Positions 1-12,741 of a stretch of DNA of 64,000 nucleotides are shown in pieces. Each line of letters begins with the position of its first letter. Position 1 is the first letter of the stretch. The notes beneath the pieces are model-generated. The model saw only the letters and a list, made by a program, of their open reading frames with translations, was not told the origin of the DNA and searched no databases. Both the position numbers and the translations under genes were made by a program. This DNA comes from Iphione sp. A-MEVVRFRX5 (lineage: Eukaryota), in contig OZ320320.1 of NCBI GenBank assembly GCA_976226885.1, forward strand, positions 59,458,001 through 59,522,000, written 5' to 3'.

Positions 1-109
1 GGGTAGGTCATTATACGTATGGGACAGTATTGTATAGAAGGAGCAGCCATCCATATAATAATACATACGAGACAAACAGCGCTAAAACCATCTTATACCA
101 ATGCCCAAT

Positions 110-400
110 CATCATAACACTGCTACCCATTTACACATTTCCTGCCTGGGGAGTGTCAGTTTGAAATACTTAGAACTACGCCTCTTTGATATTTCGTTCA
201 CTCATATCAAGCATTCTGTGCAATACAAATGTTCCCAGCAAAAATATGCAAATCTATGAATATATGAACCAGTAAAGGTAGAAGTTGATTGTGTCGAGAG
301 TCATCTGTCGAAAAAAAGTCGTCGATGGCGCAAGGGAGTGCAGGTGAAAATAAGTTAAGATATGCAACCGAAGCAATCAGATCTGGAAGGAGTGAGCCAT
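110..400 (-). mobile_element. Possible non-LTR (RTE-like) reverse transcriptase relic
   Basis: Minus frame reads FSPALPCAIDDF...DLHIFAGNICIA then GVVLSISN...CVNG, loosely matching LSPxLF..D / DLxFADDIxL / GLxINxxKT in order; the catalytic DD is absent. Confidence 0.25.
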
Positions 401-1139
401 TGTAAATGCTGCCAACAGCACAGACAAGTAAGTAAAAGACAAATTCTATTGACAGTCCCAAGTCGTGCAAGAGTACTAGGACTGTTAAAGTCCTTTATTT
501 GCTACACTGGTCCATTTTCCTTTCTGTAGCCTTCTACCTAGCTACGGACTAGAAATTCCTTCCTCATACCATATTTGGATTGCCATGGTGTGGGCGGTGA
601 CATTTCCTTGATAGAAATATTTCACTGGAGAGAATGAATGCCACGACGCAAATACCATTCAAAGTAGCTATCGTTCTTATAGTTAAAATACGTCTTTTAA
701 AACCCATCCTCTTCTGCTATGATAGAAGATGTGGGGGAGGAATACGTATCATTTTTGCCTGCGCCGTTAAGGAAAGGGCCATTATTTAGTACACTTAAAA
801 GAGGAGTAACAGAATGGCGCTTGTCTCGCGTCACCGAAAACTTTGAAACTGTTCCCATCTGTTCAGGATTAGACCTTACGATCCCAGTGCTGCCGAGTGT
901 AGCTCTATGTCCAGCTGCACAAAGATTATATTGCTGAGAAAACCCCATTTTACCGAGCGAGTAGAAACAAAATTATCCTTGTAAGAATGTCACAAATATA
1001 GTGTTTATTGGCTAAGGTCAGCCCTATATCAAAACCTGTTTCGTGATAAATATGAGTACTTCTGAATATCCGGCTTCTCTTTGATAAGTAATGTTTTTTA
1101 TCAATACAAAAATCAACTTGTTTTTCATCATAAATATTT

Positions 1140-1400
1140 CCGGGAATGCGTGTCCCTGCGACTGGCCATGTCTCGGCTATTTCTGTGGCATGGCTTCACT
1201 ATGTTCCTGCATGTCTAGGGCATGTGTGCCCCACGTCTCGATCGTGTCAGGTGTGTGTCTCTATAGGATATGTCCGATGCCTATCTCACAACTTCCCCGA
1301 TGCCTGTCCGATTTTTTTACTCACAATCTGCCCCGTATATGTCCCGCCACCGAAAATATAGCCTTATATGTACTATACATTAGCCGGATGTCTACGGCAA
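1140..1400. repeat. Degenerate short-period (~10 bp, ATGTC/TGTCC-rich) tandem array
   Basis: Recurrent ATGTCC/ATGTCT/ATGTTC/GTGTC words; flanked by an 8-bp inverted pair ATCCGGCT (1068-1075) and AGCCGGAT (1382-1389). Confidence 0.55.
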
Positions 1401-1823
1401 CCGTCACATATCATGAATGTTATAAGCAACGACTGTAAAGATCAGAACAAGACTTATTACCAACATAAACCTTTCAAAGCGGCTGCACATCACCAACCTG
1501 GGCACCAACGTGACCAGTAACGTTGTACTGGCGCCATTAAACCACTTACGTTCTTTTGTCACTACAGCCTTATCTGATCTATCGTTTACTTCTTGTGTCG
1601 TCATATTTGGGAATTGATACTGCAGTTAATGAGCAAGGATCGAAACGAGAGAAATGGCTATTGTTACATGCAGATGACGTCGACTCCCAAGGGCTTAGAG
1701 CAATACTAATTGTGCAGGACGAGTAATGCGCACAGTGAAAGGTGCTCAATCCAGCAGCTAGCGGTGAATGTACCTCAGTCTCTGTCGGACAAGACGGTGG
1801 TCGTGGGCAGTTGTATTTCGACA

Positions 1824-2385
1824 CAGTTTCCTTACCTGCATTGGTGTCCATTGCATCTTTGATGCACTTCTAATGCATTGAGGTGCATTTTCATGACCAT
1901 GCTCATGTCAATGAAGGGTGTTCTTTGATTGCATATGCATTGAGGTTGGGTGCATTTTCTATCTGTTGTTCATTTATGAGCATGTCGAATAATTTGATGC
2001 ACAAATACATAAACACAAGAGAACACATGGGTATTGTCTCACTTTTCTTCAATTTTTTCAACATCAGTTAAACACATTATACACATTTATGCATTTGTCC
2101 TTTTCCAGAATGTCCCCCATCATTCTTGCCATTTTTGTAGCATTTAGCATCAAATTTGTTCTTTTTCATCATTTTTCCCATCATTTTCCCTGTTTTTCAC
2201 AGCTTTTTAGCATCACATTTTCCTTTTTTATCATTCTCACCATTTCTTGCGGCTTTTAGCATCAAATCTGTCCTTTATCTTCATTTTTCTGGCCATTTTT
2301 GCCAGTTTCCATGCAGGCTCAAAGGACACCCCTATCCGTGAGGCTGTATGAGGCTGAAGGAAAACAAAAATGCATGTTAATGCAC
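1824..2385 (-). repeat. Unclassified ~560-bp interspersed repeat, copy A (left arm of a 4.2-kb inverted pair)
   Basis: Reverse complement matches 5500-6063 collinearly: 1824-1848 vs 6039-6063 (24/25), 1912-1923 vs 5974-5985 (12/12), 1961-1975 vs 5925-5939 (15/15), 2318-2333 vs 5555-5570 (14/16). Confidence 0.8.
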
Positions 2386-2499
2386 AAGGAGGCCTCACCA
2401 AGCCTTACTTAGATACACATGGGCATGTGATGTGATATTCAATATCTTTTACATTTTATGTAATCCCTAAAGCAATTCAGGAATGTGTCAAGACTGTGG

Positions 2500-2735
2500 T
2501 TACAGCTTTCTCACCCGTGGATACCCTACTCCAGGGTGTGTATGGTCTCCTATGTGAGGGGATTTGGGTTGTTTGGTACTTCAAATCTTGGTCTCTTACT
2601 CAAAATGGTGTCCCCTGCAAGTTGGTCCCCATCGTCAGGCATATGAATACAGGAAACGTGGGTGATTCTGACCAAACATGGTCTCTTCCCCAGTTTGGTC
2701 TCCCCTGCCACCAGGTGAGGCTCTACTGTATAGCA
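2500..2735 (-). mobile_element. Possible DIRS-type RNase H relic
   Basis: Minus strand reads SLTWWQGRPNW, then (frameshifted) ETIHTLE, resembling DIRS DLxWW..xxW and HINxLE; no clear TDAS motif. Confidence 0.2.
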
Positions 2736-3359
2736 TCTTATATTCACCAATCTGATGCTTATGCGTTAGCTGTAATAAATGTACAGTAGAATTTGCCGCT
2801 AAAATGCATTTGAATGGAATCGATATCTGCAAGAGTAATTTAAGGTCATGCTGGAACATTCTCTCGACCTAAGAAAACTGCTTTGTCTAATATATCATAT
2901 TAAAGCAATTAGCCATAATATGTGTCACTGAGGAAATGTTGGTATGATTCGGATTTTAGACTTGATGAGGACTGAGTGGGTTGCTATTTTTTCCCTATCT
3001 TTTTTCTTCATATTCATCTCTTAATACAGCAGAGATACATATTAGCCAACGACAACTACATAGTAATTAAACGTGTTTTATCCCTCTGCTTTACCAATCC
3101 TGGTGCTGTATATGGTTAAATGTACATGTATTGGTACAACGAATAACGCACCACCAGACGTTCTTTGTTCTTATCCTGTATTGGAACATGTTAGGAATCC
3201 AGACGAACTACATTTTAGAAACAGCCATGCACCTCCCGGTGTTTTGTCATTAACTAAGAATAGAACACCTGCAGACAGATTGAAACTGACTCAGTTAATA
3301 GTCTGTCTGATAAACCCCTGAGAATCACCCACTTCAGTATTTTCCCTTAGAATCAGAGA

Positions 3360-3540
3360 CAACTCTACCAAGGCTGCATATCTACATCACACCTCTTCGA
3401 CACTGGCGTTGTCACTCACGATGTACGAAAATGCCTGCTTTGGAATCAAAGGCCACTTTAGGCACTCAACATTGTGTGACATCTTGCATTGAACGCTAGC
3501 AACAATAGCTGTACCACAGGTTGACAATTCATGATGTTGC
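3360..3540 (-). mobile_element. Possible hAT transposase fragment
   Basis: Minus frame reads VECLKWPLIPKQAFSYIVSDNAS (SDNAS at 3402-3416), resembling the hAT catalytic W.I..KV..IV(T/S)DNA.N motif; a single motif only. Confidence 0.3.
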
Positions 3541-5499
3541 TATCTGCATAACAGTCAGGCCCGTTTAATTAAACAAGGAAATGGGCTCCCACTCATACGG
3601 CTGATCTGTGGAGAAACTCAAGTAGTATTTCAGAACTCCCCACTCGTCCAGAAGATCTGTCAAGTTATGCTTGTGCGAACTCCCCTCTCCAGAGGATTTT
3701 ACAAGAGGCAGACACGATTAGAATAAGTGGGGCTGATCGAACATACAAAATGTTATTCATCGCTTATATATTACATGAAAATATTCTGTTCTTTCTTAAA
3801 TTGTCTGCGTTTGGGACGTGCCTGGTTGTAAGAACTGTCCAAAGGGGACAGTTCCGCTAGAATTTCCTTCAGTGTGTCACGCAAGTTTATAGACTCACCC
3901 CTAGCCTTTCCTCCCCACCGGTTCAGTGGAGAAGCCAACTATTGTACCTGAACCCAGATGTCTATTTTCTTCGGAGCGACCCTAATGGCCATGGGGCATG
4001 TAGGTGGCCAAGCATAGATCCCACATACTTAACATACGCATACTTTACATACGCTCCCTGGCCCCCTAACCCTACAGGCACCCCCACGACCCACCCCGCC
4101 CTTGCCGGCCCATACAGCTTCCCTTCCCCACGCCTTACTGTCTGATGCCTTCAGCTACTCGTTCATATCCGAACTGTCACGGTTGTCTCAGCCGATTACT
4201 GGGTCGTGGAAATCGGTAAGGCCCTATCGTCAAAACTGGCATTGAACCCATGTTTGGCTGATCGGACCTATGTGTTTATGCAGTCAATTCAAATGTTTTG
4301 AAGTTTCTTTGCTCATATAAGTATCTTACTTCTGTTTCATTTTATCATGTTTATCCAATTCTCGCAGTAGATGATGAATAAATACAGCGAGATCCCCCCC
4401 GTGAACACGGTTTTGAGTTGAAAAGAACAATGACATGGTGGAGTTAATGTTTGAGAATGGTAAAGGAGGAAAACGTAACACCCAAATGTAGAAAAACGTA
4501 ACATCAAAAAGGTAGTAATTAGAGAATAGAATTCGATAAATATAATTGATGACAATAGAGGCATTGTATAGGTCATTACATTCATATACATATAATCACG
4601 AAGACGGACACATAGACTGTTATTTGACTAACACAGACCTGTCGAATAAGATCGATTTATGTAAGGCCAGGAGTCTGCCAATAAAGTCTACTCTGGAATT
4701 TGATTCCATTTTTTTACACATTGGCACAGGCCGACTTTCCTTTTACTTAAATTTTCCTAGAAAAATTTAATTCGTCCAGAAAGCTACGGAAATATACCCT
4801 AGTACATGTACATAAATGATCATCGAATTTAGTTGGAGGCAGACTTCAGAAGTTTAACGTATGCATAATGCAGAAATGTCATATGTGTCTGGGTGTGAGT
4901 GGGTGGATATAGGTACATTATTAAGCGGTGTCTTGGCTTACAAAAGATAGCTGCAGGTATGAGACATGTAGGCCTACGCGCTAAGTGCCGTCTTTGTATG
5001 AGCAGGCGATGTGGACTAGAAGCGTGCCCGTAACAGAGTGGAGGCGGACCGGTGAATTGTACAGGTACTCGGAGGTATGACTTAGCAGGAAGGAATCGTG
5101 TTTTTTGGTGTGAGCGTTGGCAGGGAGGGGTTATGGGTATGCCTACATAGGCAAGCAGTGGCTGGTAAAATGTCTGTATGTTTGCATATAAAATATGGAA
5201 TATGTGTAAAAAGGCTGTTGATACCTGTGCTGAGGAGGGTAGGGGTTGGTCCAATGGGCTGCTGACTCAATGTAATACGTGTGTCCGTGTCACTGCTTGA
5301 ACATGTTAACCAGTAGTTGACAGGTAATATCCTTTCACTACATGTATGTTCAATACACAGAGAAATGGATATCATAGAAAGGTTGCCTCGCCATTTACAC
5401 AGGGGTCCTACTTCTCTTATGTGATGTGTACACAAACCCTTTTATGGCATAAGGCCAAGTTTCCTTATTTACGGGAGGTGTGGGAGAGTGTGGAAGTTG

Positions 5500-6063
5500 T
5501 CTCTGTGCATTTGTATGCATTTGTATGCATTTGTTTTCGCATACCATCACACACAGGGGTGCCTTTTGAGACCAGTGCAGAGCAGTGCATTTTATGACTA
5601 GAAGAGTATGTAAACTGATGTTCATTTGATGGAAAAGCAGTTTTAAAAATGGCATATTTCATGAAAACCAGGCCAGCAAAATGGCTTATTTCATGGAAAT
5701 TCAGTCATAAAACAGTAAATTGCATGGAAACATGGCTTATTTATGGAAAATAGGTCGAAAATGGTAAAAATGGTAGGAAAAGGGCAGAAAAGGATAGATA
5801 TGTGTGGTAATGTGCATAAATGTGTGTAAATGAGAGTGAAAGGTGAGTAAAAATGAGTAAATATGAAGAAATGCGAGTGCATTGGTGTGCATGTGTGTCT
5901 GGAAAATTATTGAGCATGTACCGAAAATGAACAACAGATGGCAAATGAACACCAATGCACACACGCAGGTAAGGAACACCCTTCACTGAAATGACTATGC
6001 TGGTAAAAGATATTTTGAAATGCAAGGATACACACCCAGACACCAATACAGGTAAGGAAACTG
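5500..6063 (+). repeat. Unclassified ~560-bp interspersed repeat, copy B (right arm of the inverted pair)
   Basis: Same collinear anchors as copy A. Contains a TGCATT run, AAAATGGCWTATTTCATG(G)AAA subrepeats (~5645-5760) and two CAGGTAAGGAA motifs. Confidence 0.8.
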
Positions 6064-6402
6064 GGTATTAACAATGACTTTACCACCAATGATCGTTTAC
6101 TTAAGTCGGTGGGCTTCGAATATTTGTATGATGAGGCACCCATTTAGATATTTCACTGAGTGTTTGATATGTGCCATAGTTTGTCATTCAAGTGGGACAC
6201 CTGCATGTTAATTTGGGAATTAACCAACTCTCTCTCCCTCTCTGTCCCTCTTTCATACCCTCTCTCTCTTGAATCCCTAAATACCTCCAGGCTTTTCATT
6301 TAAAAATGCCCTGCATGTTTCTTAACTGTCGAAGAATTCCTTTTTTATTTTAGGATTACTGTATTCCCCTGAGGGCAGACTAGTACCGGATGCGGTCCCA
6401 TA

Positions 6403-6416
6403 GTGCCCTCTGGTGG
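6403..6416 (-). promoter_or_regulatory. CTCF-type binding motif (CCACCAGAGGGCAC on minus strand)
   Basis: GTGCCCTCTGGTGG matches the CTCF core consensus CCASYAGRKGGCRS at all 14 positions; binding is not shown. Confidence 0.45.
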
Positions 6417-7346
6417 GGATTGGCCACAGGGCTGTTCAAGTCTGTCTCATATTGATGAGGCTATAAGTTATACAGATAACTTCACCTCAAAAATATTTCG
6501 TGGTTACAAGTTAACACGCAAAAAGGATATATTGTATTTATAGAACAGTAGTTGTAGTTACAGTTCTGGCCTATGTATACAAACACATTTTGGTATTAGT
6601 TATAATGATATCATTTCCCTGGTATATTTACATTATGTTAGAACAGTGAACACATGTTGACCGCTATTTTCCTTTTAACTTAGAGGCTCGGTAGATCAAT
6701 TCATAGTGTTAATACTCTCATACTAACATAGGTCTTTCGGTAAACGGAGGGACAAAAACCCTGGTTTTCTACTGTTATCCTCACAATAACATTGGAAGAG
6801 GGCAGGATATGTCATGATAAAAAACTTCCTTTTGAAATCCACAGTACTTAAAGACGTGAGTGCTTCATGTCGATTATACTTGTTGCACTCTGATGAAATA
6901 TTCAGACGGTTAGACTGCTCTTCAGAAAGATAAGCAGTTCAATTCCAAGAAAATCCCTTTCAAACAGATCAATTGCATCAGTGCTTTTGGCGATAACTTG
7001 AAGTCATATAATTGACTGTATTAGATCGATGAATTTATCAGGTCAGCCTTGGACCGTCAGATAATATTCCTCCTTAGATAGGATGGTTAGGCAGCTGGTC
7101 CTCACAGAAGGTCAGTAGTTTTAACTTAGGCTTCTAAATTCACCTCTTCTTAAACCCACGAAATCCAAACTTCTCAGATGAAAGAAGCAATACAAGTGAA
7201 GTGAATATTGTAAGGATGTTATTAACACAAGTTTCATTGCTCGCATACTTTCGAATCAGCCATTTAAGTTACATGTGCTGCTCAACCCAGAGGTCCGAAA
7301 AATCTGCAATCGCTCCAGCTATATTTTTGGGGCCTGGGAATACAGT

Positions 7347-7391
7347 CCGACATTTTCTAGGGAAGTAGCCAACTCTAAACTAAGCAGCTTC
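7347..7391 (+). repeat. 45-bp direct repeat, copy 1 (copy 2 at 9034-9080)
   Basis: CCGACATTTTCTAGGGAAGTAGCCAACTCTAAACTAAGCAGCTTC vs CCGACATTTTCCCCTGGGGAGTAGCCAACTCCAAACGAAGCAGCTTC; 40/45 with a 2-bp indel. Confidence 0.8.
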
Positions 7392-7718
7392 CCTATAATC
7401 ATCTTTGTTTCTATTATGCATTCGCTAAAGTTACACCATCTCATTTCAAGTAAAGCAAATACACTGACAGAATGTCATAGCCTATCGTAACAATGGAACT
7501 CTTAGTTGTGGTGATGCAGTCTTATTTCGTTAATCAATTATATATTTAGACCATTATTTACACCGATACATCTAGAGGTGTCACATATTACGCAGTTTAT
7601 TGTACCGGAATAAGCATCCCATTCTTCTCGTCTCGTCGAATCATGTCGCGTTAAATTAGTATGAATCTCGAGAGAGCGACCGTGACATGGGGAGGGCGGG
7701 GCAGACGAAGGAATTGAA

Positions 7719-7724
<6 letters not shown>

Positions 7725-7774
<50 letters not shown>

Positions 7775-7794
7775 GAAAGAGAAAAAGAAAAAAA
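7725..7794. repeat. (GAAA)12 microsatellite plus purine tail
   Basis: Read directly from the sequence. Confidence 0.95.
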
Positions 7795-8589
7795 CACGTT
7801 TTACGGGCAATTAGGGCCGCCTATTTTACACTCTTGTAAAAAGATTATCCTTCATTTTCTTAGACAGAAGCGCGACTTGTATAACCAGCCTGTCTACACG
7901 AGACACTGGAATACACAGGTACTAACACACGCATACCAGCCACCCATCCACCCCGCTCACTCATCCGGCTACAAATCTACCTCCACCTCGGTATGCTGCA
8001 CCCACCTCCACTTTACAACTGGCAGAATATGTCAACAGCGGCGCTGAAAAGAGATGGTTGGTGAAAAAGAGAGAAAAGAGCCAGTTTTACCTCTTATTTG
8101 CTTCCTACCTACATGGCCTACATACGGTTGGTCCAAGGGGTATGGTGCCCCAGTGGACATGTTTGTTAAGGGAAGAAGCAGAAATGGAGAGGTGAAGATT
8201 TTTTTTCATGGAGCCAGACAAACACAGAGGTGTTCGGATCTCTACACAGATAAGGGTCCATGAACTGTGGTGTAAAGGACCAATGAGTGAAGGCCTTTTG
8301 ATCGTATTTGTTTAATAAAGATGATCTTGCCATGTGATTTGTCATAAAGTACGATATAATTAGAAATCTTGGCACACACAGGTGAACACACTTCTTGCAG
8401 GTGACGTCGAGTGTTTTTACTATAAGTGTGACAAGACCTGTTTGAAAAAATCATATGGGATACAAACACCCATGTTGTGTGAAGAAGCTTTGCACTGTCA
8501 GTGAATCTACGTCACTATCTCTGCCTTTTTATCACTGTCTCGGTTTCGGTCACTGCATCTCTACATTGTTCTCTCAGGGTGGTTGATCC

Positions 8590-8825
8590 TATCTGTCTGT
8601 TTCTTTGTCCCTCTCGCTCAAGCTGCCTCTGCCTTTCTCTATTTTTTTTCTTGATTCTCCCTGGCAACCTCTCCTCATTACCCCTTTTACTCTCCCTAGT
8701 TCACCTTCATTGTTCCTTTTTCGAAACTTTCTTTCTCATGCATCTCTTCCTCAGACTCTCCCTGCCTCCCCTTTCCATCTCCCACCACATGCCCTCCTTT
8801 TCCTTCTCCTACCCCTCCTTATTCG
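8590..8825. repeat. CT-rich low-complexity tract
   Basis: Pyrimidine-dominated plus strand; explains the overlapping L/S/F/P-rich ORFs. Confidence 0.75.
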
Positions 8826-9033
8826 ATTAGTATTAATTACAGTAATACAGTTTCGAGAGGCTTTCCGGTCCGCCCGCCCATGGCCAGATAATCCCCACTC
8901 CTTGCGTGCATTACTGTAGCTTTCTCGTTGTGACACCTGGAGGCACACATGTAGTATAACGACAAGTGGCCGTTTTACACCGGGACAACGAGGGTAATAG
9001 ACAAAGCCACAGTATGGCCTACCGTTAGAATAA

Positions 9034-9080
9034 CCGACATTTTCCCCTGGGGAGTAGCCAACTCCAAACGAAGCAGCTTC
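9034..9080 (+). repeat. 45-bp direct repeat, copy 2
   Basis: Matches 7347-7391 (40/45, 2-bp indel). Confidence 0.8.
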
Positions 9081-10199
9081 GACTGTTGGTCCGGCGCCAG
9101 GAGGCAGCTCTGAACATGCTGGCAGTGGTTGGCAGTTCCCCCTGCCGGCAGCAGTAGTCGCTCCCAGAATGAACTACCTTGGGTCAGAGGTCAAGACCGC
9201 TGTCCTCATTGCATCACCAGGCTCCAGAGGGCAATTTTAGGGCGCTTTTGTCCCGCCTTCTATCTGAAAGTATGGCAGGACTGCCTAATTGAGAAGAGGA
9301 GAGCCACTAGGTGGAAAGGTGAGGCAGCGGAAGATTTCACTAAAGTAACGAGGTGGGAGACGTTGTAAGCAAGGCACCACACTGACACACTTAATAACTA
9401 TGATGACATAGTAAGGCAGGATATAACCAAGATGATATGGTTGGAAAAATGTTTTTACTAAGATGAGAAAATAAAATACAAGCATGCTGCGGAAGACCAG
9501 GGTTGCAAGGAGATATATTGATCAGTCTTGCTGTGAGGGCTGTGTATCAGATTTCAGACTTTGAAGTCATATTTACGGAGAAAACAGCTTCTGTGTCGAG
9601 GTGGACTGAGCTGGTGGGTATAGTCGTGATTTATCTGTAGACTAGCAGTCCATCTTCCATTTCTTGAGGGCATCCCGCCGTCCATTATGCTCCTATATTG
9701 GCCCCTGTAAGGAGTATGTGTTCACAACGTCTCATGTAAATGAATTCCGGGTTCATCGGGTGGATAGACGTCATCGGCACTTCAAGAGTGATGTGAGTTT
9801 TCTATCGCCATTATCTCATTGAAGGCCCAAGCTTATAAATGTTAAATCAGATATCTCATTTTTGGTACAATGTTTTACATTCTGTCTGCATTGACGGTTG
9901 GAGAGAAGGAAACTACATCGCTGATCAGTCATGGATAATGAATAAATTTGGTTGCCTTCTTTCGTCATCCTGATTCGATCCTCGTTATAACTGAGTATTC
10001 CTCACCTGTCCCTGCCCATCTCCGGTCGATAGGTGCAGGTTTTGCTAGTCCTTTCCTAATTAACCCCTTGAGTCACCCTTCCCCGACCTCCTCCATTCCT
10101 ATTCATGGTGGCCGTCCTTCGCTGAATCTGGAGCCTACCATTACCCTCCAATGCCCCAGATTCCTTTCCCCGTAAATCGTCCTACTGGCACAGCTTCAC

Positions 10200-10400
10200 G
10201 AAACGTCATAATTAATATGTGTTAAACGCACGAATGATATAGGGATGGTATACGGGGCCCCAGGGTAAACCTGGTCTGTAGTACTGAGACAGCATTCTGT
10301 GAGAGTGAGAGGTGACATCAATCTCCGTGATCCAGTGACTTCATCCCTGACGTATAGTGCCTTTATTGCCGTAGTGGGACAAGCTTCCTTTACCCCCGGT
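10200..10400 (-). mobile_element. Possible DIRS-type tyrosine recombinase relic
   Basis: ORF 10196..10456 contains ACPTTAIKALYVR and later PYTIPISFVR, loosely like CPVxALxxYxxR and YTxHSFR; the catalytic His is absent. Confidence 0.2.
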
Positions 10401-12601
10401 CGTCTAGTGCATACTTCACATACCCCTAACTTAACTGACAGCTGCCTCTGAGACATAAAGCCTACCTCTTTTGTATGTGGTTAGACGCCCTTGACGCTCA
10501 TATAATAGGTATTCAATCATATTTACCAAAGCCCCCTTATCTTTCCCTCGTCAACCAGATTAGTCAAACTACACTTACTATATACCACACTAAACGTAAC
10601 TATGGTCCATGCATGTTACTATTGGCGCCTTTAGCACATTAATGTCCTGATTACAAGCGCTCATCACACTTGACGAACCTTCCACCGAAACTTCACTAAA
10701 ATAACCATCATCATACATAACTAGCCCATGCCACACTAACTACATATATCCATGAGGTATAACCACCCCCTCTCATCATCTTGACTACAAGTGTGCAAGA
10801 TCCATCCCCAGTTCCTTCAACTTGCTACAAGTAGCCTTGATACCTGGTCCCCAGCTGTTGAGCTCACTACACAAGAATGCATGACATACCCATGAACTAC
10901 AACATTTCATGAATCCGCAGCATGTATACACCACGTCGTGGACCTAACTAAACCTACCCATGTTACGTAACCATCATCGAGAAACCTATTTACAAGAACC
11001 CCTGACTCCAACCCCAAACCTACCACCGTGACTACAAGTATCAATAACACAGAATTCGCACCTCTCACCTTAGCAACTAACACCCATGGCACATAGCCAT
11101 GGCAGCCCTACTACAAAACATCGATGACACACAGCTAGGCCCCTTCCTAAATCAAATCAGCTACAAGTGTAGCTGTGCATCCTTCCACCAATATGCTATT
11201 CTCGAGTAGAGGTATTGTGAATGGTGCTTTAGGTCCTGTCTAACACGTCCAAAGACAGCATGGTAGTACTGGTCTTAATGAGACTCCCAGCCGACTGCGA
11301 CAACAGGTTGGCATATCCACGAACTAAATGCGCATTTGAAGTGCACTAACTTGCACTCGCTTGACACTAACTTATCATAAAACGTAATTCGGTGGTATAT
11401 CATCTTTATATTATGTATCCCTTTTCGGCGACAGACATATTTATGACTAAAGGTAAGAATGATGATGTTTCTATGGATTTGCACAATGTTAAGACGACTC
11501 CATCTCTCCTTGGCTATGTTTTAGAGCTAAAGCCTTCTTCTAGGGATGCATCCCTGCATGCTACATTATAGGGAAAATTACTCGTTCCATTACTATGAGC
11601 GTGAATAATTTGTGGTATTATGGTGCATGTGAAATATGTGCTTGGCACCTCTCATCGGAGTTTCTAGTACCTGTTTAACAAGGTCAAACTCAGTGCCCCC
11701 TTGAAGTAAAATCTCCTTTTTGTTACCTTTGATCATTAGGGCGCCATTCGTTGATTGTAGACACGTGTCTGTAGTAAAGCTTTTGATTCCAAGCCTCTGC
11801 GTGGATAGTGGAGAATTTCTTTATTTTCGTAGGAACTCAGCATATTTGTCCCTATTGCACACTATGTATTTTCATATGCATTTACGATAAAATGTGTAGA
11901 CGGCCCTTTTCACCTACAATAAGCTCCTTCCTGTTCCTCTTACATGTAGCCCTGTTTCTGCCTCCCCTGTGACTTTATTCCCGCTATCTGTTTCATGCCG
12001 TAGCAGGCTCGTAAATTCTGACATGATGCCCCCCCAATCCAGTTCTTTTTTACAAAAAATACTCTTTCTTTTACAGTGACCCTCTACGACCTCATTTGTC
12101 ATAGTTACTCCGTCTAATTCCGGATATTAAAGTGAAGTCCCTCCTCTCTCTGTGCCTGGCAGAGCAATCCACTTCCATATTCAGGGCCTCGCCGTCTCTT
12201 TCATTACAGTAAATCTTTTCCCAAAACTGTGACAAAAGAACACTGTTTCGTGATCACCAAGTTTATTTCGCATGGACGTAATACGCGGATTGTCATGAAG
12301 CATTCGGTTGGCATGAATTGTCCCATCAAGAGAAGGTAATTACTACAAGAAATTAGTGCTTATGTCACTAAACACAGAGCAATGCCAACTACAGTGTACA
12401 AAGAAGTAGTATAATTAGGGAGGAGCTACTTTCCACTACAACTGTCCCGACCCATGATACATGTTATGTGAGGAGAGAGTTTTTTATTAGACACCGCGGG
12501 GAATATCGCCCATGCCATAAGTTAGAATGCTTGGGGTATCGTGATCGCCCTGGAGCGAGCAACTGATACGTGTAATTACAGTATCAGGAAGTTTGAGTTA
12601 C

Positions 12602-12741
12602 NNNNNNNNNNNNNNNNNNNNNNNNNNNNNNNNNNNNNNNNNNNNNNNNNNNNNNNNNNNNNNNNNNNNNNNNNNNNNNNNNNNNNNNNNNNNNNNNNNN
12701 NNNNNNNNNNNNNNNNNNNNNNNNNNNNNNNNNNNNNNNNN
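12602..12741. other. Assembly gap (140 N)
   Basis: Run of N read directly from the sequence. Confidence 0.99.

Noticed and set aside
8372-8440. LAHTGEHTSC / YKCDKTC resembling a C2H2 zinc-finger linker
   Set aside because: No 28-aa periodicity, the Cys/His spacing is wrong, and stops are present.
8501-8919. 104-109 aa ORFs
   Set aside because: Products of a CT-rich low-complexity tract; no domain.
10700-11180. Thr/Pro/Ser-rich, mucin-like plus-strand translation
   Set aside because: Multiple stops in every frame and no clear splice context; explained by A/C-rich composition.
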